From assembly GCA_964106915.2 (NCBI GenBank), contig OZ066922.1: a DNA stretch of 64,000 bases. One strand, given 5' to 3'. The notes under the pieces are model-generated. The model did not search any database. It was not told the DNA's origin and saw only the letters and a list, made by a program, of their open reading frames with translations. Positions 48,917 through 60,896 of the stretch are shown here, one piece after another (within the stretch, counting starts at the first letter, position 1; the number at the start of each line of letters is the position of its first letter). This DNA is from Podarcis gaigeae (taxonomy: Eukaryota). Both the position numbers and the translations under genes were made by a program.

Positions 48917-49568
48917 TGTTAGGATATAGTTCCATTCCATCTTTAGAACAGATGTGTGGATTGTTGTATGTCACATGTCTGTTTATTTCCAGCACAGTCT
49001 GCTGGGAACTTCTGTTGTATATTGCTTTTGCTATGCTGCTATTTTGCTTGGACATGAAGGGAAGCAGACATGTTTTTTCCTTTGTTCCTGATGCTGAATT
49101 TACAGCGAGCCTGTAAATATGCTTCTGTCTGCCACTTCTGTTGTGAAAAGTTATTCACTCTGCAGATTAGAGCGTGCTCAGTCTCTGAAGGCTTCTGAGG
49201 CTTGAGTCGCTGATTGATGCTGTTCCAAGAACCGGACTTCGCCCGGCTGCCGGCCGGTGGCTGGTGCCAGCTGTTATGTACTGAAGTTCTCACCCTGGGC
49301 CAGCAGGGGGATACTGTAGATACTTATGCAAATGAAGGATCAAAAGTGACGTTCAGTGATTGGATAGTTTTAGAAAGTTGCTACAGTTACGTTGTTCTGG
49401 AGCTCTATATAAGCAGGCTGACTGAGCTCTTCAGTTCAGTTCCATTCTGGCCTCTGAATAAACAAGAGCTGTTTGAAGAATCGCTGTGTCGTCTGATATG
49501 TTCGCCCACAACTTAACACCAGCTGGGGGCCTGCCAAATGCCCCCATCAACCCAGATGCATCCCAACA
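48917..49568 (-). mobile_element. Middle solo LTR B (400 bp after removing insert)
   Basis: Termini TGTTAGGA...TCCCAACA (7/8 inverted), perfect 5-bp TSD agggg (48912-48916, 49569-49573), and AATAAA on the minus strand at ~48985. Confidence 0.82.
49272..49518 (+). mobile_element. Inner solo LTR C (247 bp, Copia-like size and structure)
   Basis: TGTTA...TAACA termini, perfect 5-bp TSD ccagc (49267-49271, 49519-49523), TATATAA at 49406-49412 and AATAAA at 49457-49462. Confidence 0.9.
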
Positions 49569-51096
49569 AGGGGCTGCTCCAGTGATGGGTCCTGCTGCTC
49601 TGGTTCATGTGCACTGACCCCCATCCCCTTGTCATCCTCCATCACCCTATGAACACTTCCTACACAAACCTCTCCTTCCTTACCCCCAGCTTGCCCCAGT
49701 GTGTCCCAGTCCTAGCTACACCCCTCACCGGGATGCTCTTCCTCCTTCTTGTGGCCCTGCCAGTTTATGACAGATAGCACTTGTAACATAATTAGCATAG
49801 GCAGATGTTATGCAAATCTGTCCTCTGTTAACCTCTTTTTTGACAATGCACAAATCATCACCCCATCAAGGAACTGTAGCCCAAACCAACCGATTGGCAG
49901 GTAGACTGCTCTCTGCTGCATCTTGACAAGAAGGATTTATGATATCAAAATTTTTGACTCTATGTAAGGAGGAGAAGGTATCTTTACCTTTACAATCTAT
50001 AAGTATTGTCCCTGCTCAGTGTCAAGCCTGGAGATCAAGGCACAATATGTGTGCATGGAACCTAATTTGGGAGTATAATAAGAGAGACTGTAGTCGTTGA
50101 TGCTTACATGGTGTAGAAGTTAAAGTATGCTGCTTAAGTTATATATTTCATGCCTTTTAGGAGAAGTTAATGTTTTAAGTGCCTTAACTCCCATCTTAAA
50201 CCAAAGGGGTTTTTTTCTTTACAGAATGATAATACCATCTAGAAATAATTCCCTATTATAAGTAAAACTGAGTGGTACTGCTAACTGTTGCATATGCACA
50301 AAATCTTGGCTGCTCTCTAAAATGACATTCTAATAACGTGTTCACATGTGTGCCCTATATTGGGTGTTATTTCTTATTATTACTCCAGCAATGAAAATGT
50401 TGTGATTTGTATGTGTGGATGCTTCTTCCACATGCCAGTGATCTATGAAACGTGGAGCCAGCAAGATAAGTTAACACTTTTACACAACACTGCACCTTGT
50501 TCCTGGCTATGATGCTGGAAGTATGTTAAATGCAAACTGAGTTTACCAATCAGACCTTTACTGTAAATACTTATTTTGCATGACAGGATAAAACTACCTA
50601 TCATCATCTACTGAATTGGGATGTTTGACTATCACATAGCATTTACCTGTGATCACTGCTGTTGCTCATCATCACATCCTTCATTTCTCATTAGTGTTTG
50701 GGCTGCTGTCCTATTTTAGATGTAGCAATCTGTGTTCAGTCTTTTCCCCTAGTACCAAAAGGACTATGAAATACTCAGCTTTCCTGTGTTTACCCAAAGT
50801 GGCACACACACTGGTTTTCTATGCATTTTGCCAGTGCTGAAATCTCTGTCCTACTCTGAGCAGTACAGCAGAAAAAGCAGAAGCACGTATCATTCATGCT
50901 CCCAATTTCCTTGCTTGTTATGCACATCCAAACTGGTTCCAAAACTCAGCTGAACCGGGAGTGAAGCAGGATCTGAGCTTCTAAGAATCTCCAGCCCCAT
51001 CTACACTTTGCCCAGGCCCCCTTTATGCTCACAGTTGTCTTCTTTGTCTTTAAATGTAGTTTTAAGTGAACTTAATGCAAGCAAAGGCATATAGAA

Positions 51097-51222
51097 CAGG
51101 GGGTCTCCTCTACCTGTTGCTGGACTACAACTACCACCATCCCTTGCCATAGGCTGTGCTGGCTGGGACTGATGGGAGTTGGAGTCCAATAACATCGGAA
51201 AGGCACCAAATTGGCTACCCTG
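51097..51222. mobile_element. Palindromic hAT MITE copy
   Basis: CAGGG...CCCTG ends and internal ggactacaactaccacc/gatgggagttggagtcc. Confidence 0.65.
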
Positions 51223-52165
51223 GATCTATAAGTATCCTAGTGTGGGATAAGTCTGATTCCATTAACAAAGACTCCCCAGGCATTCCTTCCTCTACTGATG
51301 GTAAAATTATAGCCTGTGAAAAAGCTCAAAGAATAAAACATGTTCCTATTAAAATAGTAAAACAAGCAGCACAAACAAGCAAAACAAAGCAAAACAAAAG
51401 ACAATAGTTGTTAATTTTCTTATTATATTCATCACTGAAAAAATGAAGTGTTTTACCAATCACCAGCCTTTATAGGTGATACCAAAAAGTTCAGTGTTTT
51501 CTCGAGAACGAACCGTCTGTGTGTTCCATTTTGAACATCAATAAGTGCAGCAGAAAATGTCATTCCCCGGTGCTGTCAATGCCCCTTTGTCAAAGTATTG
51601 TCTACAGGTTTATATCCTGATATAATTCTCAGTCAACTGCTGCTCTGTTCTTTAAGATAGGAATAGTTGGAGGGGAAAGGAGGGACACCACGTTATCCAG
51701 GAAGAAGTCTTGAGACCTTCTGATGTTGCAACCTTCTGATGTGCTAGTAGCAGCAGCCAAATAAATGAAAGCAATTATTATGAAGGCAGGAACAGAATGT
51801 GGATACAATGGGGAGAAAATAAATGCAAGTGTCAGCATGTTTAAAAGGCAGTTATTTACTCAGGCATCACCTCTCTCAACACATTTATTCTGCCTGCAAA
51901 CTCTAATGGCTGTGTCAGTCTTCTTGGCAGATGAAGAACACACTTCCAAAGTGCAAAAGGTGACGGTCCCCTGTGCATTGTGCCCTGTGAGAAAATCCTA
52001 CTGGAATTTTCAGTAGGGTTTAGTTCTACTCTAGATGTGTAGGATCAGGCGGCACAAATGATTTATTTATTTAGAAGAATTTATAAACCACTTTGTCAAT
52101 GGCATTCTTAAGTTGTGTACATCCACCTTTGAAACTATATTTATGACATAAAGGGGATGAAATTA

Positions 52166-52197
52166 TGATGAGGATGAGGATGAGGATGAGGATGATG
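52166..52197. repeat. (GATGAG)n simple repeat
   Basis: Read directly from the sequence. Confidence 0.85.
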
Positions 52198-52210
52198 AAA
52201 GGTCAATTCT

Positions 52211-52480
52211 GGCCCCATCTGCACTGCAAATTTAAAGCAGTATCATGTCTTAACAGTTATGGCTTCCCTCAAAGAATCCTGGGAACTGTAGTTGATTAAG
52301 GATGCTGAGAATTGTTAGGGGACTCCTATTCTCCTCAGAAAGGTACAGTCCTAGAGGGGTTTAACAATCAATCCCGCTTCCCAGGGAACTGCAGGTCTGT
52401 GAGGGGAATATGTGTCTCCTAACAACTCTCAGTACAGTTCCCAAGATTCTTTGGAAGAAGACATGACTATTTAAAATGGC
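52211..52480. mobile_element. Palindromic PIF/Harbinger-like MITE, right end truncated
   Basis: Starts GGCCCCATCTGCACT. Long internal inverted repeats: aaagaatcctgggaactgta / tacagttcccaagattcttt and tgagaattgttagg / cctaacaactctca. Confidence 0.6.
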
Positions 52481-53129
52481 AGCCATGAGTGGCTACCCAG
52501 ATTACCTCAATTATTGCAACTGCTATAGGCAGTGGCAAAACAAACAGGAAAGAGGAAGGAGGAAGAAATAAAATGAATGTAACACAACCAATAGAATTGC
52601 AAGTAATTAATTACTGAAATGAATGTAATGTTAAAAAAATTAAATGTAACAAAAGGAGACAAAAAAATCCATTTATTTGCCATTCACTTTCACTTATTTT
52701 TCCCTTGCAGATCCCTAGTAGACCATCACATGGAGAAATTGAGCAATATGAACTAGCCCAAAGAGTCTTGCTATGTACTAATCATTAACTAATTTGCTCT
52801 GTCTCCTTATTTCTATGGCGGCATAATAAAGTCACCATTGTAGTCCCAAAACAACATTAGATCTTGCAGGCAGAACATACCATTGTTCTGTGTGTCCTTT
52901 AAGCTAAATGGTTTAAAATCCTTAACATACCATCGAGTAATTGTTTTGCTCCTTGTCAGACACAGTGAGTAAGCTCAAGTAATTAATGCAATGTGTGAAC
53001 ATAAATAGACTCTATAGCCTCACTGGAGCATATGGATTTCTTTCTGATTAATCAGAAAACATCCATATGGTGTACAAACTCCTGGTTTATGTTGTCTTCC
53101 ATTCATGAAATTCAGCAGACAACTAATCT

Positions 53130-53241
53130 ACCTCTACCTTTTGGCGGACTACAACTCTCATCACCCCTGACCAATAACTGTCTGGGGCTAATGGGAATTA
53201 GAGTCCAACACATTGGAATGGTCACAGGTTCCCAACTCCTG
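53130..53241. mobile_element. Diverged palindromic hAT MITE copy
   Basis: ggactacaactctcatcacccctgacc...gggctaatgggaattagagtcc...ggttcccaactcctg. Confidence 0.6.
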
Positions 53242-53999
53242 CTAGAATCCCATTTACTGTTATAGGAGATAGAGAGACTTGCAGCCTTAGGGTTTTATAT
53301 ATGCTTAAGCATTCCACCTTCCATGTTGTCATGCGCAGCACACTGTTTGTTAGGATGGCCGATAGTAACATGAAATGTGTCTATAAACATTTGCCGATCG
53401 TGGCATTCTTTCAGATTTGCATAGTCATTTACTTTTAATATAACAATTACAAATTATTAGCTTAGCCACCTCTTTATTAAATAATTGATTAAAAACATAA
53501 CCTAACAAGGAATTTCAACTTGCTTTATTGTCAGCAAATAATTCTTTGCCTTAATGTATAATTACTAATGTCAATTCTCTTAATAATTAACCATCATTTA
53601 TCTTCAGCAAATATTTTATATGACCGAACATAGCTGGGCTTTTCCTTTGGAACATGTATTATTGATAGAGTGCACATAGGAAAAGTTGAAGTAATGATAT
53701 AATCTAGGCCAGGTTGCTCCTGACATTAAAAGCATCTTTTGAAATTGCATCAAGTTTATGAACTCTTATTTAATAACAGGAAGGTTCCCCCCACCCAAGC
53801 CAACAGCAGTGTGAGAGGACATTTTTTGTTAAGGATCTTGGCTTTAAAGGAAAGAGGTACACTTCTCTTCCCCACATGTTAAGGTCGCAATGAAAACTGA
53901 CTATTATTAAATGTGAAAAACTAGACATGATTTAGTGTCAGAGTCATAACATGATGACATACTTTTCAGTGCAGGTAGGTACATTATATGCCTTATTTA

Positions 54000-54400
54000 T
54001 TTATCTACAGGATTATTTTACCCATCTCTCCTAAAAGTGGAAGACAGAAGTCAAAAGTCAGTAACAAACAAGCAAACACTACCAATAAAAAATTACAAAG
54101 GTAACAAAAATAGAAGACAAGAGTAGTGAATGTCTTTCCAGAAGTTCATCTAAACAGGAAAGATGTCACCTGCCTCTCTTTGGAACGAGTTTCAGGGATT
54201 AGGCATGATGACTAAGAAGGCCCTTTTCTGGTTTTGACTAATGAAGCAAAGAGGTTGAGGGAACATTTAAGAGGCACTTCAGTTAAGCAAGCAGGTTTAT
54301 GCAGGGGAAGACAGTTATTCAGATATCCTGTACCAAACAACCAAGCTACAGCATTCTGGACCAGTTGATACTTATGGGATATTTCAAGGGTAACTGTACC
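54000..54400 (-). mobile_element. Old L2 3' fragment
   Basis: Reverse L2-type motifs (gagtttcagggattaggcatgatgactaagaaggccc; ttattcagatatcctg) and an A-rich reverse 3'UTR. Confidence 0.45.
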
Positions 54401-54936
54401 AACATAGATCGAACATATGATAATTTTAGTATTGTAAGGTAATAATGGTGTCTTAATGGGTTAGCAAGATTTCAGCAAGACAAATGGACATAAAAGACCA
54501 ATGATAAAAGGAACAAAGCTGAAACACAGCTGCCAGGGCAAAGGCGGTTCATCCACCTCATTTTCTCCCTCCCAGAGTTCAAGTCTGGATATTACGCAGG
54601 TAATTACTTTAGTATCCATTGCATGTTATATCACTTTGTTGTGTATGCTTATGATGTGCATACATCTAACATGGGACAGATCACCAGCATTCAACACACT
54701 GCCTTGGTTTGATATTGCTTTCAAAGTTTGCAGTAAGTTTGCTTGTCTTCACCTCTTGTTTCTATGAACTGGCATATGTTCCAATTTCTGCTTTCTGTGA
54801 ATGAAATGTCAGCATTGGTACAGAGCCAGAATAAGTGTGATTACAATTTGTGTGTGTGAATATACAGAGAGGCAATCACTTTAGAAAACCACTTGTCATT
54901 GCATTCTATCAGCACTGCTCGACAAATTATCTAGGC

Positions 54937-55072
54937 CAGGCATAGGCAACCTTCGGCCCTCCATATGTTTTGGCCTACAACTCCCATGATCCCTAGCTAA
55001 CAGGACCAGTGGTCAGGGATGATGGGAATTGTAGTCCAAAACATCTGGAGGGATTAAGGTTGCCCATGCCTG
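54937..55072. mobile_element. Near-intact palindromic hAT MITE (136 bp)
   Basis: TIR CAGGCATAGGCAACCTT/AAGGTTGCCCATGCCTG (16/17), long fold-back arms and 8-bp TSD atctaggc/atctagcc (7/8). Confidence 0.92.
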
Positions 55073-56228
55073 ATCTAGCCATTCAAATGAGAAAGCAGGC
55101 CTGACTGATAGGGAAAAACTTATACAGGAAGTGCAAGCCTTATACCAAGCAATATGTTTGGTATACATCTTCCTTTTGACTAATTTTCTCCTATTATCAT
55201 TTCTAACATTTCCCTATTTCCTGTGTATAGACTGTTACATGGATTGGGCACCCTCAACCAAGCACTTCAACAGCCCTCACCCACAAGCCATAATCAAAAT
55301 GAATGAGGCCAGGCTTTAATTGTGCATGATAGACACTGCCCATTGTCTATGTAGAATGATACAGTTAACCAAAATATATGTAAGGAATGCATATACGTTT
55401 TATCAGTTTTCATGAGTGCAATTTTTAGTAGAGCTATAGGTCAAAATTCACCAAAGCAGTGCCCTGGGAGTTTTTAAGCCATGGTAAGAACATGGTCAAA
55501 CCATTCCAAGTCCTCATTTGAAAGTGGTCAACCCTGACTCATCTGTTGAGATTTTTTATGGAGTATTACAGCCATGACATATCAGTGAAAATGTATAGAT
55601 TTAATGTTCTTACATTTCCATAACACATTTGACAAAGTGCCACATCAGAGATTAACGGTCAACATAAAACAATCACACTCTTGGGGAGGCAAAATGGCAC
55701 ACAAGTTAAACAAGTGATTTAGAGGCAAAAGAAAAAGGAAAGCAATAGGCTGGTAGTATCCATAACTGGAACAGTGATCTGATGGAAGTGCATCCAAGGT
55801 CAGATTTAGAGCCTCTCGATTACTGTGCATGAGATTTTCTGGTTGCCATCAGAACCAAATTCTTCAGCTACATGATAATGATTTGGGGACATATTTAGTT
55901 AAAGTGGCATCTGCTCCAACAAATGGAAGTTTATTTCAGCACAAATAATGATGTGAAATTGAAAGCTAACATTAGATCAAATAGATAGTGTGAAATACAC
56001 AATGCAATGCAATATATTATAGTACTGGATAAATATTAAGAAATATATGAAACAATATACAGTACTGGATGCCTCTTCAAATCAGCTGAAGAATTTGAAT
56101 TGTTCTACCAAAGGCTTTAAGTACAAAAGGCAAGTTACAGGTTACAGGAATGTGCAGGTACACAAGTGGTTAAATGCATGACTAAGTGTGAACTAAGATG
56201 TTGATCTAACAAATGGCATACCTGGATA

Positions 56229-56583
56229 GTAAAGGTAAAGGTAAAGAGACCCCTGACCATTAGGTCCAGTCGTGGCCGACTCTGGGGTTGCGGCGCTCAT
56301 CTCGCTTTATTGGCCGAGGAAGCCGGTGTACAGCTTCCAAGTCATGTGGCCAGCATGACTAAGCTGCTTCTGGCAAACCAGAGCAGCGCACGGAAACGCC
56401 ATTTACCTTCCTGCAATGCGGTACCTATTTATCTACTTGCACTTCATGCTTTCGAACTGCTAGGTTGGCAGGAGCAGGGACCGGGCAACGGGAGCTCACC
56501 CCGTTGCGGGGATTCAAACCGCCGACCTTCTGATTGGCAAGTCCTAGGCTCTGTGGTTTAACCCACAGCATCACCCGTGTCGC
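56229..56583 (-). mobile_element. Full-length Sauria SINE
   Basis: Reverse complement of the 24558 copy, with a (GTAAAG)n tail and TSD catacctggata/catgcccggata (10/12). Confidence 0.93.
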
Positions 56584-56744
56584 CATGCCCGGATATCTAG
56601 ATATAATGAATATATCTAGTTAGATCTAGTTAATATATCTGGTCAATAAATAGGAACAGTGAAATTTGCATATCCCTAGACATTGTTTTATCAGATGCTT
56701 GTTGCCAATTAAATAGATTGCAAGAAAAAGGACATGAGAGGTAA

Positions 56745-57270
56745 TGGCCTAGGTTCACATGTCATGGTAATCCAAACCATGGTTAACTTGGACAGTGAGA
56801 ATTTGTGGTTCCTGAAGAAGAGGCCACAGATGCTATGCTCATCTCTTGATTTTTTTCACTCCCATGCTGCACTGACCTAAACCAAGGTTTGGCTTAACAT
56901 TCCATCCAAACCCAGGCTCCTGGTTAACTCTTCTCCTCCCTTCTAGGAGCTGTAGCCAAGGATAGTATCTATCCAGTTCCACTAACCGTAAGCCCTTTTG
57001 TCTTCACAATGGAACTTTACTTCTCTTCCCCATGCTGTCTAGAAATATGTTCTGGAGGTTCCCCCATTCCTCTAGAGCTAATTTAGGGGGATGTGAGGGA
57101 TGGGGAGGAGAGGAGAGGAGAAAAAGGGAAAGTTCCAATGCACAGCCAAAAGTACATGCACTAGCAGAACTGTTAGCTGCGTATCACCCCAGAGGTCCAC
57201 ACATTTGCATTGTCCTAGTAAGCCATGGTTTGCCTTATCATGGCATGCTACCTAGCAAACAGTGTGACCC
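56745..57270. mobile_element. Old palindromic MITE(s), possibly nested
   Basis: Repeated aaaccatggtt / aaaccaaggttt / aagccatggttt motifs, and an internal inverted pair caatggaacttt / aaagttccaatg. Confidence 0.4.
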
Positions 57271-58377
57271 AGACAATGTCAATTCTTCTATATGGAATCC
57301 TATACAAAAAGTCAATCATATGTAAATACTGTATATATTGTGCAAATGAAATAGAACATAGGAAAAAGCATAAAGGTCACTGACTGTTACACATATTAAA
57401 TAAAGAATAGCTAACGATACACAACACAGCTATTTGGAGCATCCAAGAATAAGAAATATTGAACAAGCTTTTCGTCCTTCTTAACATTCCTCGGTGGTTT
57501 GATCTCCTTTGGCATTTATTTTGACATTTAATCGTGAATCTTTTATAAAAAGAGACCATATCTGCTTTACACAAAATAAAAACACATTGTATGCTTCCTT
57601 CAGGGATTTTTGTCACCATTTTGCCCCTGATTTTTTGTGACATCTTATCTTTCCAAGGATGCCATTATTTTTATAGGCGTGAATTAGCATAGAACTTTTA
57701 CAAAATCAAAAGTTCAACTATCTCCCTGTGGATTCACAGTATAAAGGGTAAAGCAGTGGGAAGACTTTTTTAAACATCCTTGGAGTTGATGGTTATAAAA
57801 TAGCACTGGGCTTGTTAATATACCTTAGTGAAATACAAATGAGGTCTTTTAAAAATCACTTTCGAGATCTAAAATACTAGCAGTTCTCAAGTGAAAGGAC
57901 TGGAAACAAGCAGCTCCATTTTTTCCCTTTTTGTATGAAATGTAGACATAGGCTATGATAACCCAGCAAACCATGATCACATAGGGTTTACTGTTGTGAT
58001 TTTCAAAACTTCACATGCAAATCTTTACAGCTTCATGGACAACTGTATAAACCCTGTTCAGGCGAATCACAGCTGGATAGTCTATGTATAATAAGACACA
58101 TACATGCAACAGTGGTGAACTAGTGTGAGCTATATGTTCTCTATTGCCTCCACAATGAAGACATGAGATAAGAGATATGGTGCAAGACCACATTGTTTTA
58201 ACCTGATTCAGCATCTGCAGCCATTTCATTGATAATTTAAATTCCTACAATCAGGTATAATTAACTCCAGGAGATGAGAGGGTGTGAATGTAAACTCCCT
58301 GTCTCCTCAGATGAGTGAAACCATGCTGACTTGAGTCACAGCACCTGCCGTTTGACTAATACATGTCTTTCATAACA

Positions 58378-58750
58378 GGGTAAAAGGGGTAAAGGTATTG
58401 TGGACAGTTAAGCCCAGTCAAATGTGACTATGGGGTTGCGGTGCTCATCTTGCTTTAGGCCAAGGAAGCCAGTGTTTGTCCACAGACAGCTTTCAGGTCA
58501 TGTGGCCAGCATGACTAAACCACTTCTTGTGCAACGGAACACCATGATGGAAACCAGAGCACATGGAAATGCCATTTAGCTTCCCACCGCAGCAGTACTT
58601 ATTTAACTACTTGCACTTGTGTGCTTTCGAACTGCTAGGTTGGCAGAAGCTGGGACAGAGCAACAGGAGCTCACCCCATTGTACGGTATCAAACCGCCAA
58701 CCTTCCCAAGAGGCTCAGTGGTTTAGGCCACAGCGTAACACCTGTTCACC
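58378..58750 (-). mobile_element. Older Sauria SINE subfamily copy
   Basis: Core tgctttcgaactgctaggttggcag, decayed ggtaaa tail and CpG-decayed body. Confidence 0.88.
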
Positions 58751-58973
58751 CATCCTGCTACCACTAGTTAGTGTTTAGAAGGGTGAAGCCTCCATGACTC
58801 AAGAGCATCTGATCAACGCAGTCCCAAGGAGCTATTTGGCAATTGGAGGTGGTTGGTTGAGTGCCTTTCACCAAGGGTGCCTCCAAGTGCTCACCAGGGG
58901 TCTGAAATTTCATTTACCTCTCTGCCCACACTATATGTCACCATTAAAAAGGAGAGAAGTCTGTAGGCTAAAC

Positions 58974-59138
58974 CATAGCTGTCAACTTTCAGATTTGAAA
59001 ATAAGGGATCAGCAGCCTCACCTGTCCTGGGGACAGTCTACAGGATATCTAACAATCTGGGATAGCAGTGGGAAGCAGTGGGAAATGGCACTGGAATAAG
59101 GGAATTTCCTGCAAAAAAAGGGAAGGTTGACAGCTATG
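58974..59138. mobile_element. hAT MITE (165 bp)
   Basis: Perfect 13-bp TIR CATAGCTGTCAAC/GTTGACAGCTATG and perfect 8-bp TSD ggctaaac (58966-58973, 59139-59146). Confidence 0.93.
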
Positions 59139-59202
59139 GGCTAAACAAGAAGTGTTCCAATGGCCAATCATAGGATACCACCTCAAATTCTATTCATCCC
59201 AC

Positions 59203-59582
59203 TGAGGTGGGAGGTAGCACCTTATAAAGGCCCCTAGACCTCTCTTGATTGCCCTCAGGACTCTTCCCAAGGTAAGCTCCTTTCTAGTGCATGGCCCCTA
59301 TCCACAGGCTACATTTCTCAACATCTCTCAACTGTGTCATCCTCAAGGGCTTTTCCCTGGCTGGAATGTGTCTGTTTACCTGCCTCTTGTTTACCTGCAT
59401 GGGTTGTGAGGAGATCATTAGTATGTATGTGAGTGTATCAACATCTGACTTCTGTGTAGTTGGAATGTACCCTACTGCAAAGGTCAGTACCAACTGACCC
59501 ACCACTTCATCTGGCCCTACCCACTGGAAGGTTGCCTCTGAGGGTATGCAGCCTTTGGGAAGGAAAAAGGGCCCCAATCCTC
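59203..59582 (+). mobile_element. Old Charlie-like hAT MITE
   Basis: Subterminal ggccc repeats and a decayed end gaaaaagggccccaatcct; no TSD. Confidence 0.4.
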
Positions 59583-59749
59583 TAAGATTTTGCATATTTG
59601 TAGCAGCAAAGAAACATATAAAGTTATTAACATATTTATCTGGCAATAAAAATATGTATGTGGCTCTGATCCATTACACCTCAAAGGTATCCATGTTTCT
59701 ACTCAAAAGAAAGACCCACTTTAGAACACTGAGACATGTTTTCATCAGT

Positions 59750-60060
59750 TCCACCAAAAGCCTGGGTGAGCAACTGTGTTTTAGTACTTGGTGCCCAAAG
59801 CCCATCAGTGGAGAGGCTTAATTGCATCTTTAGGGACAATGAATTTCATACTTGGGGCATCACCACAGAAAAGGTGCTATCCCATGTCACGATACAGCAA
59901 GCAATCCTTGGTGATGGAATAACCAGAAGGTCCTTCTCTGCCAGTCTCAATGCTCGGGTCAGCTGGTAAAGGAAAAGGCAAGACACTTGGGTCCCAAGTC
60001 ATTTAGGGTTTTTTACATCAACATATTTATATCAACACCCTATACTGGGCCAGTAACATA
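59750..60060 (-). mobile_element. Old L2 ORF2 3' fragment
   Basis: Reverse L2 motifs ccaaaagcctggg...gaatttcatacttggggcatcaccacagaaaagg...ggtcccaagtcatttagggtttt. Confidence 0.65.
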
Positions 60061-60896
60061 CAGCAAGCTCTTTTTATGCTATGAGAAGTGCGTTGATTGA
60101 CCTAACTGAAAGTCTTTAAAGTGTCAAAGCATATGTTTTCTTAGCACTTGGAGATGTGTTGCTGACAAGTTATCATTGGTGTGCCACACAAAAAGACGCT
60201 GAATTACACACTGCCTTCCATTATCTCTGATCAATTCCATTAACTCTGCTGTTTAAAGGTGTGTAATTGATTGATGAATCTCCCCTGCTAAGTGTTTGCA
60301 GTTGCTGTAGACCTAGGATGGGGAAAGAGCTCTACACAGAGATCACTACTTTTTGGAAGAAAGAGCCCATAACAGAACTGTGAGCATTTCTTTTAATAAC
60401 AACTGAGAAAACCTGTGGAATTATATAATCTGCCAGGTTATACAATCAGAGAAGAGGATAGACATCTTTTAGTGCTCTATTCAGGGAAACTATGATAATG
60501 ATTTCAGAGTGAGAACAACAGTAATAGAAAGTTGTTTTTTTCACTTCCCTGCAAAAATGTGTTGGCATGGGAGTAGAATGTATCATGTCTTGCTCAGTGC
60601 CACCCAGTTCAGTGTAAAGTGCTCTTCATCACTCACCAAAAAAGTGTGAGTTGTGTTGCAATTTGGAAATGATGACATTTCAACCAAAACCCTTTGACTT
60701 GTTTGTTTTACATTTCTTCACATGGGATTATTTAAATGCACTTGCTAAAGACTATTTGATCTTACAGACACCTTCTGATGGAGAAAACAAGAAGTAGCTT
60801 CATTAAAGAAGGTACTACTTTGAATGCTTGCTTATGACATCTTTTGTCATAAAGATGTCACAAGTGAACATTAGAAGTCTGTCTTCAGCTATTGTA

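Larger units (their letters stand above)
48056..49772 (-). mobile_element. Outer solo LTR A (Gypsy-like, ~700 bp after removing inserts)
   Basis: TGTC...TGACA termini, perfect 5-bp TSD gatag (48051-48055, 49773-49777), and a TATA-like gattaaaagg on the minus strand at ~48690. Confidence 0.8.

Noticed and set aside
52685-52790. Strong splice acceptor (ttttcccttgcAG at 52711)
   Set aside because: There is no matching donor, the open frame stops after 25 codons, and the peptide is unrecognised.
53415-53425. miR-153-like ttgcatagtca
   Set aside because: Only 11 nt match. The rest of the mature sequence and the complementary hairpin arm are missing.
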